Both the position numbers and the translations under genes were made by a program. Below are positions 24,293 to 25,518 of a stretch of 25,518 nucleotides of DNA, in pieces; positions within the stretch are counted from its first letter, which is position 1; each line of letters starts with the position of its first letter. The notes under the pieces were generated by a model. The model worked only from the letters and a program-made list of their open reading frames with translations, ran no database searches and was not told the origin of the DNA. The DNA is from a virus. Taxonomy: Duplodnaviria; Caudoviricetes. Location of the stretch: the IMG/VR virus record IMGVR_UViG_3300033076_000483, positions 1-25,518 of that record, one strand, 5' to 3'.

Positions 24293-24602
24293 TTTTTAAC
24301 CTTTTAATTTCAGATTCAAGTGCAATGTTTTTTCTATACAATTCACCTGCTTGTCTTTCCATCCGCCTGAATACTTCCATTATCTCCTCTGAGGATGGAT
24401 ACAAATCAGTTTCAGGCCAAATCATAAACTTGCCATGTTCCCAATCAAAACCAGGTGATACAGCCTTGACTGCTCTCATTGGATGAGCACCAACAGTTTG
24501 ATATGGTAATTTGACCACAATCATCACTTCTTGGTCCTCATACTCCTGTTTGGAATCATTCCAATACAGGTTTACTTGGCGGTGTAATTCTGAGAGTTTC
24601 AT
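24261..24602 (-). CDS. Hypothetical protein
   Basis: 113 aa; GFDWE.GK motif and C-terminal coiled coil. Confidence 0.7.
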   Translation of the reverse strand: MKLSELHRQVNLYWNDSKQEYEDQEVMIVVKLPYQTVGAHPMRAVKAVSPGFDWEHGKFMIWPETDLYPSSEEIMEVFRRMERQAGELYRKNIALESEIKRLKNALEKPQTNP

Positions 24603-24949
24603 TTGAAATACTCCAACTGAGATTTTAATTCTTTGAATTTTGCATCACGCCATTCTTGTACCATCGGCATTAGTTTACTATTCGGTACAACATCAGCGAC
24701 AAACTTATCTCGCATGGATGAATAAGTGACCAAGTTTCGGTGTTCAAGGTGACTGAGTGTTTTAGTCTCTGATAAATCAAACGTATAATGATTTGCATCG
24801 GTTGGTTTTGTTTTCTCACAGATAATCACATGGTTGTCCGCAACTGCCAAGACCACATGATAAGGCGAAAACATTTCATGCCAAAAATCCCCTGGTTGAG
24901 GATTTTCAATATGTTTTTGGTTTAACACTTGTCGTTCTTCGTATGTCAT
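24599..24949 (-). CDS. Hypothetical protein
   Basis: 116 aa; PQPGDFWHEMFSPY. Confidence 0.7.
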   Translation of the reverse strand: MTYEERQVLNQKHIENPQPGDFWHEMFSPYHVVLAVADNHVIICEKTKPTDANHYTFDLSETKTLSHLEHRNLVTYSSMRDKFVADVVPNSKLMPMVQEWRDAKFKELKSQLEYFK

Positions 24950-25227
24950 TATGTACCTTCACATTCTGGTTTAACAAATTTTCGTCTACGTTCTGATAAG
25001 TAACGTGCTGTGTGTCGGCATTCTTTCACAACTTCGTCCCAATCATTATACTTGGTTGATTGTGGACCTGCGGGTAATGCCTTCATACACTCATTAAAAA
25101 CTTCACGTTGCATACAAACGTCTTTGACAATCACATCATTAACATCCGATGCGTATGCGGTACTTTCACTTGAATGTTGGCCACAGGCCGTCAATAACAT
25201 TACAACTAACATTAACAGTTTATTCAT
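24949..25227 (-). CDS. Putative lipoprotein
   Basis: MNKLLMLVVMLLTAC lipobox plus four further Cys. Confidence 0.75.
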   Translation of the reverse strand: MNKLLMLVVMLLTACGQHSSESTAYASDVNDVIVKDVCMQREVFNECMKALPAGPQSTKYNDWDEVVKECRHTARYLSERRRKFVKPECEGT

Positions 25228-25334
25228 CTTCCATCCTTTGCATCATTGTAACCTTGCAAATAACCAATCACCCACATAAGAGCCATGCCTGCAATAGCAA
25301 TTACTGATGACCAAAAAGGTGCCCATTTATCCAT
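25224..25334 (-). CDS. Small single-TM protein (36 aa)
   Basis: MDKWAPFWSSVIAIAGMALMWVIGYLQGYNDAKDGR*; SD GGAG; stop overlaps the next ATG. Confidence 0.6.
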   Translation of the reverse strand: MDKWAPFWSSVIAIAGMALMWVIGYLQGYNDAKDGR

Positions 25335-25518
25335 GTTTAACTCCATACATCAACATCATGGCATCCAACAAACAGTCATCAATTGGATTATGTTTGGTGA
25401 TTTCCATTTTTGAATCCCAACCTGGATAATCCACATCGGTATAACCATCTTGTGTGTTGTATAGAAAATCAACAGCAGTTCTCACATCACGCCAACGATT
25501 GAAATACCATATTGGTGT
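25327..25518 (-). CDS. dexA: DexA-like DEDDh 3'-5' exonuclease, partial (C-terminus)
   Basis: WRDVRTAVD...KHNPIDDCLLDAMMLMYG* matches the HxxxxD ExoIII motif of T4 DexA-like proteins. Confidence 0.75.
   Translation of the reverse strand, partial: TPIWYFNRWRDVRTAVDFLYNTQDGYTDVDYPGWDSKMEITKHNPIDDCLLDAMMLMYGVKHG

Noticed and set aside
3316-25279. Numerous + strand ORFs of 60-175 aa in the ORF track
   Set aside because: All overlap well-supported - strand genes in a uniformly oriented, translationally coupled block and lack recognisable motifs.

Overview
This is a 25.5-kb, AT-rich fragment of a large T4-like (myovirus-type) phage genome. The first ~2.75 kb is a + strand late/baseplate block: the end of gp51 and two paralogous tail-associated proteins, one carrying a lysozyme-like domain. 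A terminator separates it from a long - strand block. That block holds gp32, a HAD nucleotidase, gp59, gp33, a SleB-like hydrolase, an outer-membrane beta-barrel, a Cas4-like exonuclease, PhoH, a 2OG-Fe(II) oxygenase, a DenV-like glycosylase, a GalE-like epimerase, a metallophosphoesterase, a nucleotidyltransferase, two AAA ATPases, rIIB, rIIA, the end of DexA and many small hypothetical genes. The standout feature, absent from the ORF track, is a circularly permuted (two-piece) tmRNA gene at ~6554-6908 (-). It has a perfect sigma70 promoter, the tag ANDEKFALAA and a 119-nt intervening segment whose 93-nt loop is GC-rich and could form a pseudoknot. Other non-coding signals are five TTGCCA-N16/17-TATAAT promoters with an extended -10, CTAAATA late-promoter candidates, a repeat-containing gp32 leader and two structured leaders. 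The tag points to a proteobacterial, possibly betaproteobacterial, host (inference). All protein calls come from motif recognition and synteny; no database searches were run.
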